64,000 nucleotides of DNA, taken from assembly GCA_044868695.1 (NCBI GenBank), contig JBIOWP010000107.1:9348-73347 (forward strand), read 5' to 3'. A model generated the notes under the pieces. The model was given only the letters and a program-made list of their open reading frames with translations. It had not been told where the DNA came from and made no database searches. Source of the DNA: a bacterium. Its GTDB lineage: Bacteria > Sysuimicrobiota > Sysuimicrobiia > Sysuimicrobiales > Kaftiobacteriaceae. Position numbers and translations under genes: made by a program. This document shows, piece after piece, positions 1 to 9,621 of the stretch (positions are counted from its first letter, which is position 1; every line of letters begins with the position of its first letter).

Positions 1-633
1 GTCCGCGAGCAGCTCTTCTACCACCTGCAGTTCACGATCACCGAGGCGCTGGTCGGCTATCTCATCGGTGCGGGCGCAGGCCTGATCCTCGGGTTCTCGC
101 TGGGGCGGGCGGACCTCGTGTACCGGATCGTCGAGCCGTTCCTCGTGGCATTCTACGGCATCCCGCGGATCGCCCTGGCGCCGCTGTTCATCCTGTGGTT
201 TGGGATTGGGATCACCTCGAAGATCGCGGTGGCCGCGGTGATGGTCTTCTTCATCGTGTTCATCAACACGATCGCCGGCATCCGGGCCGCGCCGCCCCAG
301 TTGCTGCAGGTGGCGCGGGTCATGGGGGCCACCGAATGGGATCTGACGCGCAAGGTCGTGTTTCCCGCGGCCACCCCCTTTATCGTGGCGGCGCTGCAGA
401 TCACCGTGCCTCAGGCGATGATCGGCGCGATCGTCGGCGAGTTCATCTCCAGCAACCGCGGCGTCGGCCATCTGATCAGCCGCGCGGCGGGGTGGCTGGA
501 TACGCCCGGGTTGTTCGCCGGGATCGTGGCGCTGCTGGTCGTGGTGCTGGTGATGAACCTGGGGATCACAGCGCTGGGACGGTACTTGATGCGGTGGAAT
601 CCGCGGCAGACGAATCTGCGTGACGTGCCGTAG
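1..633 (+). CDS. ABC transporter permease, SsuC/TauC-like (5' truncated by window edge)
   Basis: Frame open from position 1; hydrophobic helices; IPRIALAPLFILWFGIG and EAA-like loop VARVMGAT; upstream of a substrate-binding protein. Confidence 0.9.
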   Translation, partial: VREQLFYHLQFTITEALVGYLIGAGAGLILGFSLGRADLVYRIVEPFLVAFYGIPRIALAPLFILWFGIGITSKIAVAAVMVFFIVFINTIAGIRAAPPQLLQVARVMGATEWDLTRKVVFPAATPFIVAALQITVPQAMIGAIVGEFISSNRGVGHLISRAAGWLDTPGLFAGIVALLVVVLVMNLGITALGRYLMRWNPRQTNLRDVP

Positions 634-652
634 GCACGGGGGGAGGGGGACG

Positions 653-1672
653 ATGAAGGAGCGATGGGTTGTGCGGGTCGTGCTGATCGCCGGCGCGTTG
701 ATGGTGGCCGCCGCTGGAGTGGCGGCGCAGGCGCCCCGGGTCAAGATCCGGGAAGCTCACACCGGCACTCTGTTCATGGCGCCGGTCTATATCGCCGAGG
801 CCGCCGGTTACATGGGGGAGGAAGCGATCGACCTCGAGCTCATCGAGGTCGAGAGCGGCGCCCTTGGGATTGCCGCGCTAGTGTCCGGGCAGGTGCAGTT
901 CTTCGACGCCGACCCGTTCCAGGCGGTGGAGCTGCGCCGGCAGGGGCGGCAGATTCTGTTCATCTACAACCTGACCAAGCGGGTCACGCTCGACATGGTC
1001 ATGCATCCCGAGGTGGCGCGCGCGAAGACTCTCAGCCGCACCACGCCCATTGGGCAGCGCTTCGCCGCGCTGCGGGGGATGAAGCTCGGCATCACCCGGC
1101 CGGGCGCGGCCACGGACGTCTACATGCGGTACTACCTCAAGCGCGCGGGCCTGAACCCCGACCGCGATGCGCAGCTCGTCGCCATCGGCGGCGGCGGTCC
1201 TCTCCTGGCCGCGCTGCGGACACGGCAGATCGATGCCTTCCACCTGTCCGCCCCCACGCCCTATCTGGCGGAGAAGGACGGCTACGGCGTCGTGGTGATC
1301 AAGGCCTCGGCCGGCGACGTCCCCGAGCTCGACAACTTCATGTACACCGGGATCTCCGTCTACAACGTCTACGCCAACCAGAATCCCGACCTGCTGCGCC
1401 GCTGGGTCCGGGCGGTCAACCGCGCGAACCAGCTGATGCGCAGCGACCTGGCCGCGGCGGTGGGGCACCTGCGGAAGTACTTCCCGCGCACCGACCCGGA
1501 GGTGCTGACACTCGCCTTGCGCGAGATCATCCCGGCGCTGTCCGAAAACGGCACCATCAGCGAGCAGATGATGGACAAGCATCTGCAGTTCATGCTCGAC
1601 GACGGCCAGATCCCGTTCAAGCCGTCGGCGAAGGAAGGGATTCTCTGGACGAACCGCTTTATCGGACGGTAG
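653..1672 (+). CDS. ABC transporter substrate-binding protein, SsuA/NMT1-like
   Basis: Signal peptide; LRGMKLGITRPGAATD, GLNPDRD motifs; purine-rich RBS before ATG 653. Confidence 0.85.
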   Translation: MKERWVVRVVLIAGALMVAAAGVAAQAPRVKIREAHTGTLFMAPVYIAEAAGYMGEEAIDLELIEVESGALGIAALVSGQVQFFDADPFQAVELRRQGRQILFIYNLTKRVTLDMVMHPEVARAKTLSRTTPIGQRFAALRGMKLGITRPGAATDVYMRYYLKRAGLNPDRDAQLVAIGGGGPLLAALRTRQIDAFHLSAPTPYLAEKDGYGVVVIKASAGDVPELDNFMYTGISVYNVYANQNPDLLRRWVRAVNRANQLMRSDLAAAVGHLRKYFPRTDPEVLTLALREIIPALSENGTISEQMMDKHLQFMLDDGQIPFKPSAKEGILWTNRFIGR

Positions 1673-2261
1673 CGGTGCGCGCTCGGAGGAGCTCCGTCCG
1701 GCGGAAGCAGCCGACGGTGTGGTCGTTGACGAGTCCCACGGCCTGCATGAACGCGTAGCAGATTGTGGGGCCGACGAAGCGGAATCCCCGCCGGCGGAGC
1801 TCCTTGCTCATCGCGACGGAGATCGCGGTCTGCGCCGGGATCTCGCCCAGCGTGCGGGGCCGGTTCGCCAGCGGCCGGCCGTCCACGAAGCGCCAGATGA
1901 ACCGGTCAAACGACCCGAACTCCCGCTGGACGTCGAGGAATCGTCGCGCGTTCGCGATCGCCGCGAGGATCTTGGCGCGGTTGCGGATGATGCCCGCGTC
2001 CGCCATCAACCGCGTCACGCGTCGCGCGTCGTAGCGCGCCACGAGCCGGGGGTCGAATCGGGAGAAGGCGCGGCGAAAGTTCCGCCGCTTGCGCAGGATC
2101 GTGTCCCAGCTCAGCCCTGCCTGCATGCCCTCCAGGATGAGGAACTCGAAGAGGGTCCGGTCGCTGTGCTCCGGCTTCCCCCACTCTCGGTCGTGATACG
2201 CGCGCATCAACGGACTGCCGTCCGCCCACGCGCACCGCTTCTGTTGCTTTGGACGCCTCAC
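1659..2261 (-). CDS. tag: DNA-3-methyladenine glycosylase I
   Basis: RCAWA...YHDREWG, LEGMQAGLSW, IIRNRAKI, FVGPTICYAFMQAVGLVNDH; GTG start chosen. Confidence 0.95.
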   Translation of the reverse strand: MRRPKQQKRCAWADGSPLMRAYHDREWGKPEHSDRTLFEFLILEGMQAGLSWDTILRKRRNFRRAFSRFDPRLVARYDARRVTRLMADAGIIRNRAKILAAIANARRFLDVQREFGSFDRFIWRFVDGRPLANRPRTLGEIPAQTAISVAMSKELRRRGFRFVGPTICYAFMQAVGLVNDHTVGCFRRTELLRARTATVR

Positions 2262-2301
2262 GTATCCTCGGCTCCCTAATCCCTGCTCCCTGATCCCGTC
2301 C

Positions 2302-3192
2302 TCAGGGTTTGGGCGCCGCCACATGGTTGCGCAGCACGCCGATCCCCTCCACCTCGGCCTCCACGATGTCCCCGACATGCAGCCACCTGGGCGGGTCGAA
2401 CCCCATCCCCACGCCCTCCGGCGTGCCCGTGGCCATGATGTCGCCGGGCTCGATGGTCATCCCGGCTGAGAGGGTTTCGATCAGCCGCGCCACGCTGAAG
2501 ATCATGTTGGCGGTGGTGGAGTTCTGGCGCACCTCACCGTTGACGCGCATCCCCAGGCGCAGGCGCTGGGGATCGGGGATGGCCGATCGGGAGACGATCC
2601 ACGGCCCCAGGGGAGCGAAGGTGTCCAGCGACTTGCCTTTGAACCACTGCTGGTGCCGGCGCTGGAGGTCGCGGGCGGTGACGTCGTTCATGATCGTGTA
2701 CCCGAAGACGTAGTCCAACGCCTTGGCGGCGGGAATATCCCGGCCCCGCCGCCCGAACACCACCGCCAGCTCCACTTCGTAGTCCAGCGACTGGGTGGCC
2801 CGGTGGTAGGTCACGGGCGCGTTCGGTCCGATCACCGTGGTGGGCGGCTTGGTGAAGAAGACCGGCACGTCGGGCGGTGCCACGCCGCCCTCCCGGGCAT
2901 GCTCCGCATAGTTGCGGCCCATGCACATGATGTTCTTGCGGGGCCGCTGGATCGGGGCCAGCAGTCTGGCCCGGGCGAGCGGGATCGACGCGCGCTTGGC
3001 TTTCACCCAGGCCTCCGCCTCGGCCGCCAGCGCGCGCAGCGACGCCGCCGGCACCTCCGCGATCAGGCCGATCATGTCGCCCGGCACCCTAACTTTCTTT
3101 CGCCTGGCGACCGACTCCAGATCTACAACCCTGTCCTCCACGACAAACGCCAGGCGTGGCTCCCGTCCCGCCTGATAGGTGGCAACGCGCAC
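2302..3192 (-). CDS. Fumarylacetoacetate hydrolase family protein
   Basis: CMGRNYAEH, FFTKPPT, DYEVEL, NDVTARD, GKSLDTF, TGTPEGVG; GGAGGAGG RBS before GTG 3192. Confidence 0.92.
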   Translation of the reverse strand: MRVATYQAGREPRLAFVVEDRVVDLESVARRKKVRVPGDMIGLIAEVPAASLRALAAEAEAWVKAKRASIPLARARLLAPIQRPRKNIMCMGRNYAEHAREGGVAPPDVPVFFTKPPTTVIGPNAPVTYHRATQSLDYEVELAVVFGRRGRDIPAAKALDYVFGYTIMNDVTARDLQRRHQQWFKGKSLDTFAPLGPWIVSRSAIPDPQRLRLGMRVNGEVRQNSTTANMIFSVARLIETLSAGMTIEPGDIMATGTPEGVGMGFDPPRWLHVGDIVEAEVEGIGVLRNHVAAPKP

Positions 3193-3303
3193 GTCTGCGA
3201 CCTCCTCCATCCAGTCGGTGGTTCGTGTTCGGCAGGGTGTGCTTCTGCGCATCACGAACGCTACCCTCTGGTTCCCCAGAACCGCGTTTTCAGGAGGCGA
3301 GGT

Positions 3304-4425
3304 ATGCCCAGGGTCCTGGTATTCGCCGGCACAACTGGTGGATTGTTTGTGTTCGAGAGCGACGCCAAGCGCGCGAAGTGGAAGAAACGCGGTCCGGTGC
3401 TCAAGGGCGTTTCGGTCAACCACTTTGCCTGGGATCCGAAGGCGAAGACGCTGTACGCGACGACGGCGACCGACGGGGTGCTCGCCAGCCGGTCCTTCGG
3501 CCGGACGTGGACGCCGCTCAACGACGGCCTGCCGATCCGCAAAGTGTGGTCGGTGGCCGTCAACCCCAAAGACTCAGACGAGCTGTGGGCCGGGACGCAC
3601 TTCAGCTATCTGTTCCACAGCACCGACCGCGGCCGGACGTGGACGCTGCACCCCGGGTATCTTGAGGCCCCGGGGAAAGACAAGCGGTGGGGCGACTGGG
3701 CGTTCGGGACGATCGGCAACTCCCTGCATGGGATTCATATCGATCCGAAGGACCCCAGACGGATGGTCATCGTCAGCAGCACCGATCACGGCGCCGTGCG
3801 GACCCAGGACGGCGGGCAGACCTGGGAGTATGCGCGAGCTGGCGTCTATGAATCGTGTCCAATCGCGGGCACGTCGGACCACTCGAAACCGGTGAGCGAC
3901 GACGAGCGGCAGAAGAGTGTCGAGCAGCACCTCTCCTCGGTCCATTCCTGCACACACCGCGTCGGCGTCTCGCCGGTGGACGCGAACGTGCTCTACCGGC
4001 AGCAGCACTGCGGCGTGTATCGCAGCGACGACTTCGGCGCGACCTGGCGCGATATCTCCGCCGGTCTGCCGGACCGCCACGGGTTTCCGCTGGCGGTGCA
4101 CCCGAAGGACGTCAACACGGCGTATGTCGTGCCGGCCTACCAGGGGAAGTGCCGGAAGCACAACTCCTGCATCCAGGGAGCGCTGGACGTGTACCGCACC
4201 CGTAACGGCGGGCGGTCGTGGCAGAAGCTCAGCGACGGCCTCCCGCAGAAGGTGCATACCGTCGTCCTGCGGCATGGCATGCATGCCGATCCGCTGCAGC
4301 CCTCCGGCGTGTACTTCGGGACGACGGCGGGCGACGTGTACGCCAGTGCGAACGAGGGCGATACCTGGGTGCGGCTGGCCAAAGGATTGCCGCGCGTCCA
4401 GGGTGTGGTGGCTGCGGTCGTCTAG
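3304..4425 (+). CDS. BNR/Asp-box repeat beta-propeller protein
   Basis: Repeated SxDxGxTW boxes (STDRGRTW, SDDFGATW, TRNGGRSW, SANEGDTW); GGAGG RBS; no signal peptide. Confidence 0.8.
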   Translation: MPRVLVFAGTTGGLFVFESDAKRAKWKKRGPVLKGVSVNHFAWDPKAKTLYATTATDGVLASRSFGRTWTPLNDGLPIRKVWSVAVNPKDSDELWAGTHFSYLFHSTDRGRTWTLHPGYLEAPGKDKRWGDWAFGTIGNSLHGIHIDPKDPRRMVIVSSTDHGAVRTQDGGQTWEYARAGVYESCPIAGTSDHSKPVSDDERQKSVEQHLSSVHSCTHRVGVSPVDANVLYRQQHCGVYRSDDFGATWRDISAGLPDRHGFPLAVHPKDVNTAYVVPAYQGKCRKHNSCIQGALDVYRTRNGGRSWQKLSDGLPQKVHTVVLRHGMHADPLQPSGVYFGTTAGDVYASANEGDTWVRLAKGLPRVQGVVAAVV

Positions 4426-5222
4426 GGGGTCGCGGGTTCGGGAGAGAGCAGCGACGGATCGCGCTCGAGCACCTGCACCGTGTCGCCCGTGGCCTGTGCG
4501 ACGGTCTTGACCCGGAAGTCGCGGTACAACGCCGGCGCCAGAGGTTGGGCGACCTGCGTGAAGACCGTCACGGCCACTTCGCGCATCTCCGCGTCCACGT
4601 GGAGTTCCCCGCGCTTCTCGAAGAACTCCCGCCAGGCGCGGTGGTTGCCCGTGATCACGATGTGGGTCTCGGTCATGTTGGGCAGCACGCAGCGGGCCGC
4701 CTCGCGCGCGCGCTTGCGCCGCAGCGTCTTGTCTTCCAGGCCCTTCAGCTTGCCGGCGCCGATCTCCGTCAGCGTCTGGTAAGCTTCTTGAATCTTCACG
4801 TAGAGATCCTCGAAGACCGCTATTGCCGCCGGATCCGCGCGGAACAGCGGGGGAATCACAAACGGCGCGTCGTCTTCGCTGACGAACCGCTGGCTGAGCT
4901 GAGAGTAGCTGAAGTGGCGGTGGCGTACCATCTCGTGGGTGAACGAACGCGTCACGCCGGTGAGCATGACCGTGAACCCGGCGTGCTCGATGACGCTGTA
5001 GTGCTTCATCTCCAGGATGTGCGAGAGATAGCCTTCGTTCGTGGCCGTCGCGGGGTTGGGTTTCCGCCAGGACTGGTAGCACGCGCGACCGGCAAACTCC
5101 ACGAGCTTCCCGGCGTCGGATTCCGAATCGGTGGTCCATACCGCCCAGGGCGTGCCCTCGGACTCCTCCAGGGAGAACCGCGTCTCGGCGACTTTGACGA
5201 CTTTCAACTGGGCGGTACGCAC
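4422..5222 (-). CDS. thyX: FAD-dependent thymidylate synthase
   Basis: EFAGRACYQS, HYSVIEH, ThyX motif RHRHFSYSQLSQR, REAARCVLPN; GTG start with GAGGT RBS. Confidence 0.95.
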   Translation of the reverse strand: MRTAQLKVVKVAETRFSLEESEGTPWAVWTTDSESDAGKLVEFAGRACYQSWRKPNPATATNEGYLSHILEMKHYSVIEHAGFTVMLTGVTRSFTHEMVRHRHFSYSQLSQRFVSEDDAPFVIPPLFRADPAAIAVFEDLYVKIQEAYQTLTEIGAGKLKGLEDKTLRRKRAREAARCVLPNMTETHIVITGNHRAWREFFEKRGELHVDAEMREVAVTVFTQVAQPLAPALYRDFRVKTVAQATGDTVQVLERDPSLLSPEPATP

Positions 5223-5372
5223 CAGACCGACCTCGGTGAAACGATTTTGACCCCAGGGAGGAGGTGCGGGCGAAGGAGGAGTGGTGTCCGTCTGTTGCTT
5301 CGTGGGGAGCCTGTCGTGGAGGCGTCCAAGATCAGACTCGTAGGCTCCTCCCCCCTGCGGGTCTTTGATGGT

Positions 5373-5399
5373 ATTCAGCGCCGGGAGCAGGATTCCTGC
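5373..5399 (-). promoter_or_regulatory. Candidate Spo0H-type sigma promoter GCAGGAAT-N15-GAAT upstream of thyX
   Basis: Same spacing recurs upstream of trpB2 (36293-36319). Confidence 0.45.
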
Positions 5400-5405
5400 C
5401 TCAGA

Positions 5406-5425
5406 TATCAACATGTTGTGGATAA
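5406..5425. promoter_or_regulatory. Perfect DnaA box overlapping an NrdR-box-like palindrome upstream of thyX
   Basis: TGTGGATAA at 5417-5425 (TTATCCACA on minus); TATCAACATGTTGTGG at 5406-5421 with core palindrome CAACATGTTG. Confidence 0.5.
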
Positions 5426-5477
5426 GTTGGGGGTGGAGCCCCAGGGCCTGCGCCGAGCGGCCGTTCGCATCATCAAT

Positions 5478-5512
5478 GGGGTCAGACCCCTTTGACGAAC
5501 GGGGTCAGACCC
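5478..5512. repeat. Pair of GGGGTCAGACCC(C) REP-like palindromes
   Basis: Copies at 5478-5490 and 5501-5512, intergenic. Confidence 0.6.
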
Positions 5513-5564
5513 GTCCTCGGCTGGCGGCCGGAGGATGGCCCGGCGGGGTGTCAAACTCAGCGTC

Positions 5565-6143
5565 ATGACTGAGCTGGCCGATCTCATCCGCCGCCGGCTG
5601 GCCGGCAGGACCCGCCGCATGATCCGGGATCCGGCGTCGCGGCCGGCCGCCGTCCTCATTCCATTGCACGCCGACCGCGGAGAACCCGCCGTCCTGTTCA
5701 CCAGGCGCACGGAAACCGTCGAGCACCACAAAGGTCAGATCTCTTTTCCCGGCGGCGCAGTGGACGACGCGGACCTCGACGCGCCGTCCACCGCGCTGCG
5801 GGAGACGGAAGAAGAGTTGGGAATCTCGCGGGACCGAGTCGAGATCCTGGGGCTGCTTGACGACGTTCTGGCCTCGGTCAGCGGATTTGTGATCACACCG
5901 GTCGTGGGGCTCATTCCCTCCTCCGCGCCGCTGCGCGTGAACGCGGCGGAGATTGCCGAAGTGCTCACGGTGCCGCTGCGCGTGTTTCGCGATCCGTCCG
6001 CCATGCGGATTGAACGCCGGGAGCGCGATGGCCGCGCGTATGACGTGTACTTCTACACCCACGGCCCCTATGAGATCTGGGGAGTGACGGGGTACATCAT
6101 GAAAGCCTTTATTGATGCGGTGTTTGGGGAGATGCGTGCATGA
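5565..6143 (+). CDS. Nudix CoA pyrophosphatase (PCD1/NudL-like)
   Basis: AAVLIPL, LFTRR, HKGQISFPGG, ALRETEEELG, IWGVTG. Confidence 0.92.
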   Translation: MTELADLIRRRLAGRTRRMIRDPASRPAAVLIPLHADRGEPAVLFTRRTETVEHHKGQISFPGGAVDDADLDAPSTALRETEEELGISRDRVEILGLLDDVLASVSGFVITPVVGLIPSSAPLRVNAAEIAEVLTVPLRVFRDPSAMRIERRERDGRAYDVYFYTHGPYEIWGVTGYIMKAFIDAVFGEMRA

Positions 6144-6826
6144 TCGCGGTGCTCGCTGACATCCACGGCAACCTATGGGCGCTGCAGGCCGTCCTGCAGG
6201 ATCTGGACCGGCTGGGGCCCTCGCGGGTGATCGTGGCCGGTGACCTGGCGCTGGGCGGCCCGAGTCCCGCGGATTGTGTCGCGTTGATCCGCCGCCGCGG
6301 CTTTCCTGCGATTCGCGGCAACACCGATGAGTGGTTGACCAGGAAGCCGGGCGCGATCGCCGACGGGATCACATGGGCAGCGGCGCAGCTGTCCGACGCG
6401 GACCGGGCGTATCTCGCCGGGCTGCCGTTTCTGTGGCGGCTGTCCGATCCGGCGGGCGACCTCGTGGTCGTGCACGCAACGCCGTGGAGCATCGCCGATG
6501 TCGTGGCGCCCGACGCCCCCGCGCCGCTGGTCGACCGCGTGTTTACTGAAGCGGCGGCGTCAGCCGTCGTCTATGGGCACATCCACATCGCCTACATCCG
6601 CCAGGACGGTCGGCGACTGCTGGTCAATACCGGCAGCGTCGGGCTGCCCTTTGACGGAGACCGGCGGGCGTCGTATGCGATCCTGACGACGGAGTCCGGA
6701 GCCTGGCGGGCAACCCTGCGCCGGGTGGACTATGACCTGTCCGAGGTGCTGCAGGCTTCACGGGGAATCGGCAACCCCGAGGGGGACCGGTTCGCAAAGC
6801 GCCTGGAAACCGCCTCATTTCGGTGA
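6140..6826 (+). CDS. Metallophosphoesterase (YfcE-like)
   Basis: DIHGN, GD, RGNTD, GHIH, NTGSVG motifs. Confidence 0.9.
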   Translation: MIAVLADIHGNLWALQAVLQDLDRLGPSRVIVAGDLALGGPSPADCVALIRRRGFPAIRGNTDEWLTRKPGAIADGITWAAAQLSDADRAYLAGLPFLWRLSDPAGDLVVVHATPWSIADVVAPDAPAPLVDRVFTEAAASAVVYGHIHIAYIRQDGRRLLVNTGSVGLPFDGDRRASYAILTTESGAWRATLRRVDYDLSEVLQASRGIGNPEGDRFAKRLETASFR

Positions 6827-7005
6827 ATTTCGAAGAGATACCTGGATTTGGGCAAAAATTGGCAAAATTTGAGGCTCACCTCACCATTTCTCTAAAAATC
6901 GCCGTATTATTCGCGATTCCATGACTATGCGCTCCTCCGTTTGGCTGTTCCGGATGGGGGTGCCCCCTTGCTATACTGGGCATGACTCCCTCTGGAGGCT
7001 CCCAC

Positions 7006-7353
7006 ATGAAGCAGCAGGTCACCCCCAACCCGAACCCCAACCCCGTCTTCACCGTCAGCGTCGCCAGCAGCCTTGTGGGTGTCTCGCCCCAAACCCTGCG
7101 CAGGTGGGAGCGGTATGGCCTCGTGTGCCCCGTTCGGGAAGGTCGGTCGCGCCGGAGGCTCTACTCGTGGCCTGAGATCGAGCGGGCGCAGGAAATCCGC
7201 TACCTGGTGATCCGCAAGCGCGTGCCGCTCCGCGCCGTAAAGTTGCAGCTGCGTCCGGCGGTCGCGCGTAAAGCGACTGGGCTTCCCGCCAAGAGCGACG
7301 GCCGCACGGGCGCCCCGCTGATTCCCCGCCTCGCCCTGGGCATTCCGCGCTAG
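7006..7353 (+). CDS. MerR-family HTH regulator (HspR-like)
   Basis: PVFTVSVASSLVGVSPQTLRRWERYGLV...RRLYS; GGAGG RBS; TGCTATACT extended -10 upstream. Confidence 0.8.
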   Translation: MKQQVTPNPNPNPVFTVSVASSLVGVSPQTLRRWERYGLVCPVREGRSRRRLYSWPEIERAQEIRYLVIRKRVPLRAVKLQLRPAVARKATGLPAKSDGRTGAPLIPRLALGIPR

Positions 7354-7486
7354 TACCCGGTCAACTGCGTAAATCGTGAATCGCGAATCGTGAATCGCGA
7401 CTGCATCTCCACTTTTGGCTTGACCGTAGTATTCTAAGAGTAGTACCGAATATCGATTCACGATTCACATCTCCTGACGCACCGCG

Positions 7487-8656
7487 ATGAGTGCAGATCG
7501 CCGCATCTACCTGGACCACGGTGCCACCACGCCCACCGATCCGCGGGTGGTGGAGGCGATGCTGCCGTTCTTTGCCGAGAAGTTCGGGAACGCCGGCAGC
7601 GTCCACGCGTTCGGGCAGGAGGCACGCGAGGCGGTGGACCGTGCGCGAGCGCTCGTCGCCACCGCCGTCGGCGCGAGTCCGCAGGAGATCGTCTTCACCA
7701 GCGGCGCCACTGAAGCGGACAACTTCGCCATACTCGGCGCGGCGTGGGCCAACGAGTCGCGCGGACGGCACATCATCACCTCCGCGGTCGAGCATCACGC
7801 CGTGCTTGAGCCCTGCCGGTTCCTTGAGTCGCGGGGGTGGGAAGTGAGTTACCTTTGTGTGGACGGCGACGGGCGCGTGGATCCGGACGATGTGCGCCGC
7901 GCCATCCGCGGCGACACGACCTTGATCTCAGTGATGCACGCCAACAACGAAATCGGAACCCTGGAACCGGTCGCGGAAGTCGGACGGATCGCCCGCGAAC
8001 GCGGCATCCTGATGCACAGCGACGCCACGCAGTCGGTGGGCATCCTCCCGGTCAACGTGGACGCGCTGTCTGTGGATCTGCTGTCGATGTCCGCGCACAA
8101 GCGCTATGGCCCGAAGGGCGTCGGCGCACTGTACATCCGGAAGGGATCGAAGCTGGCGCGGGTGCAGCACGGCGGTTCGCATGAGCGCAACCGCCGGGCC
8201 GGGACGGAGAACGTGCCGGCGATCGTGGGGTTCGGAACTGCACTGGCCATCGCGCTCCCCGGCATGGATGGTGAGGCCGCCCGGCTGCGCCGCCTGCGCG
8301 ACCGTCTCATCGACGGGCTCACCAGCCATCCCGGCGCTCGCCTCAATGGCCACCGCAGCGACCGGCTGCCGGGAAACGTGAACGTCTCATTCGAAGGGAC
8401 CGACAGCGAGTCCATCCTGCTGGCGCTCGACCTGCGGGGCGTGGCGGCGAGCAGCGGGTCGGCCTGTACGTCGGGCAGCCTCGAGCCCTCGCACGTGCTC
8501 AGCGCCATCGGCCTGCCGCCCGAGGCCGCCGCCGGCACGGTCCGCCTGACGCTGGGACGCTGGAACACCGACCAGGAGGTCGACGACCTGCTGGCCATGG
8601 TTCCTGAGATTCTTCGCAGTCTCCGCGGAGTGCGTGCGGGCGCCCGTCCCAGCTGA
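7487..8656 (+). CDS. iscS: Cysteine desulfurase (IscS/NifS group I)
   Basis: YLDHGATTP, FTSGATEADN, SAHKRYGPKG, SSGSACTS catalytic Cys loop. Confidence 0.95.
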   Translation: MSADRRIYLDHGATTPTDPRVVEAMLPFFAEKFGNAGSVHAFGQEAREAVDRARALVATAVGASPQEIVFTSGATEADNFAILGAAWANESRGRHIITSAVEHHAVLEPCRFLESRGWEVSYLCVDGDGRVDPDDVRRAIRGDTTLISVMHANNEIGTLEPVAEVGRIARERGILMHSDATQSVGILPVNVDALSVDLLSMSAHKRYGPKGVGALYIRKGSKLARVQHGGSHERNRRAGTENVPAIVGFGTALAIALPGMDGEAARLRRLRDRLIDGLTSHPGARLNGHRSDRLPGNVNVSFEGTDSESILLALDLRGVAASSGSACTSGSLEPSHVLSAIGLPPEAAAGTVRLTLGRWNTDQEVDDLLAMVPEILRSLRGVRAGARPS

Positions 8657-8725
8657 GCCTGCGCGCTCCGGTGCCGGGCGCGGTCTGCGGTAGCACGGGA
8701 GTTCCGAATCGCGCGGCGAAAGCAG

Positions 8726-9088
8726 ATGGTCGTGACCGATTACCTCCCGATTTTCGTGCACTTCGCCCTGGCCGTCCTGCTGACAGGCGGACTCCTGGCG
8801 GCGCATGCGGTCCTGGGCGCCCGGCGCTCTCCGCTGCCGGGTAAGGTCGAGCCTTATGAATCGGGCGTCTGGCCGATCGGGTCGGCGCGCGAGCGCGTGC
8901 CCATCCGCTACTACCTCATTGCGATGCTGTTCCTGCTGTTTGACGTCGAGGCGGTGTTCCTCTACCCGTGGGCAGTGGTCGCCCGCGAGCTGAAGGTGCT
9001 CGGGTTGATTGAGATGCTGGCGTTTGTGGGCGTGCTCGGCCTGGGGTTCCTCTACGCGTGGAAACGGGGGGCGCTGGAGTGGCAGTAA
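8726..9088 (+). CDS. nuoA: NADH-quinone oxidoreductase subunit A
   Basis: [25 protein letters not shown]. Confidence 0.96.
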   Translation: MVVTDYLPIFVHFALAVLLTGGLLAAHAVLGARRSPLPGKVEPYESGVWPIGSARERVPIRYYLIAMLFLLFDVEAVFLYPWAVVARELKVLGLIEMLAFVGVLGLGFLYAWKRGALEWQ

Positions 9089-9621
9089 GAGAACCCCGCG
9101 GCACGCTCGTCTCCCGCGCGAAGTCGCCCGCCGAGGCAACGGAGGCCGATGTCCGCGCGCTGGAAGGCAGCCTCCTCACGACGACCGTGGAGCGCGTGGT
9201 GGGATGGGCGCGGAAGTCCTCGGTGTGGCCCACCCAGTTCGGGCTGGCCTGCTGCGCGATCGAGATGATGTCCACCGCCGCTGCGCGGTTCGACATCGCC
9301 CGCTTCGGCAGCGAGCTGTTCCGCGCGTCGCCGCGTCAGGCCGACCTGATGATCGTCTCAGGCCGCGTCTCGCAGAAGATGGCGCCCGTCATCAAGCACA
9401 TCTACGAGCAGATGCTGGAGCCGAAGTGGGTCATCGCGATGGGGGACTGCGCGAGCTGCGGCGGCGTGTTCAACAACTACGCGCTGGTGCAGGGCGTGGA
9501 CAAGCTCATTCCCGTCGATGTCTACGTGGCCGGGTGCCCGCCGCGCCCGGAGGCGCTGCTGTACGGGTTCCTCAAACTGCAGGAGCTCATCGCCGCCTCG
9601 TCACGGCGGAGGGCGCGATGA
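9079..9621 (+). CDS. nuoB: NADH-quinone oxidoreductase subunit B
   Basis: [34 protein letters not shown]; start uncertain. Confidence 0.96.
   Translation: MAVREPRGTLVSRAKSPAEATEADVRALEGSLLTTTVERVVGWARKSSVWPTQFGLACCAIEMMSTAAARFDIARFGSELFRASPRQADLMIVSGRVSQKMAPVIKHIYEQMLEPKWVIAMGDCASCGGVFNNYALVQGVDKLIPVDVYVAGCPPRPEALLYGFLKLQELIAASSRRRAR

Noticed and set aside
5250..5385. c-di-AMP riboswitch, HDV-like ribozyme or 6S RNA in the thyX leader
   Set aside because: Only fragments match (GCTGAAT; GCC-TCCACG); the required downstream conserved elements are missing
5417..5425. Replication origin
   Set aside because: Single DnaA box, no cluster or AT-rich unwinding element, no dnaA nearby
6870..6885. 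HAIR operator for the HspR-like gene
   Set aside because: TGAGG-CTCA-CCTCA has the wrong spacing and sequence versus CTTGAGT-N7-ACTCAAG
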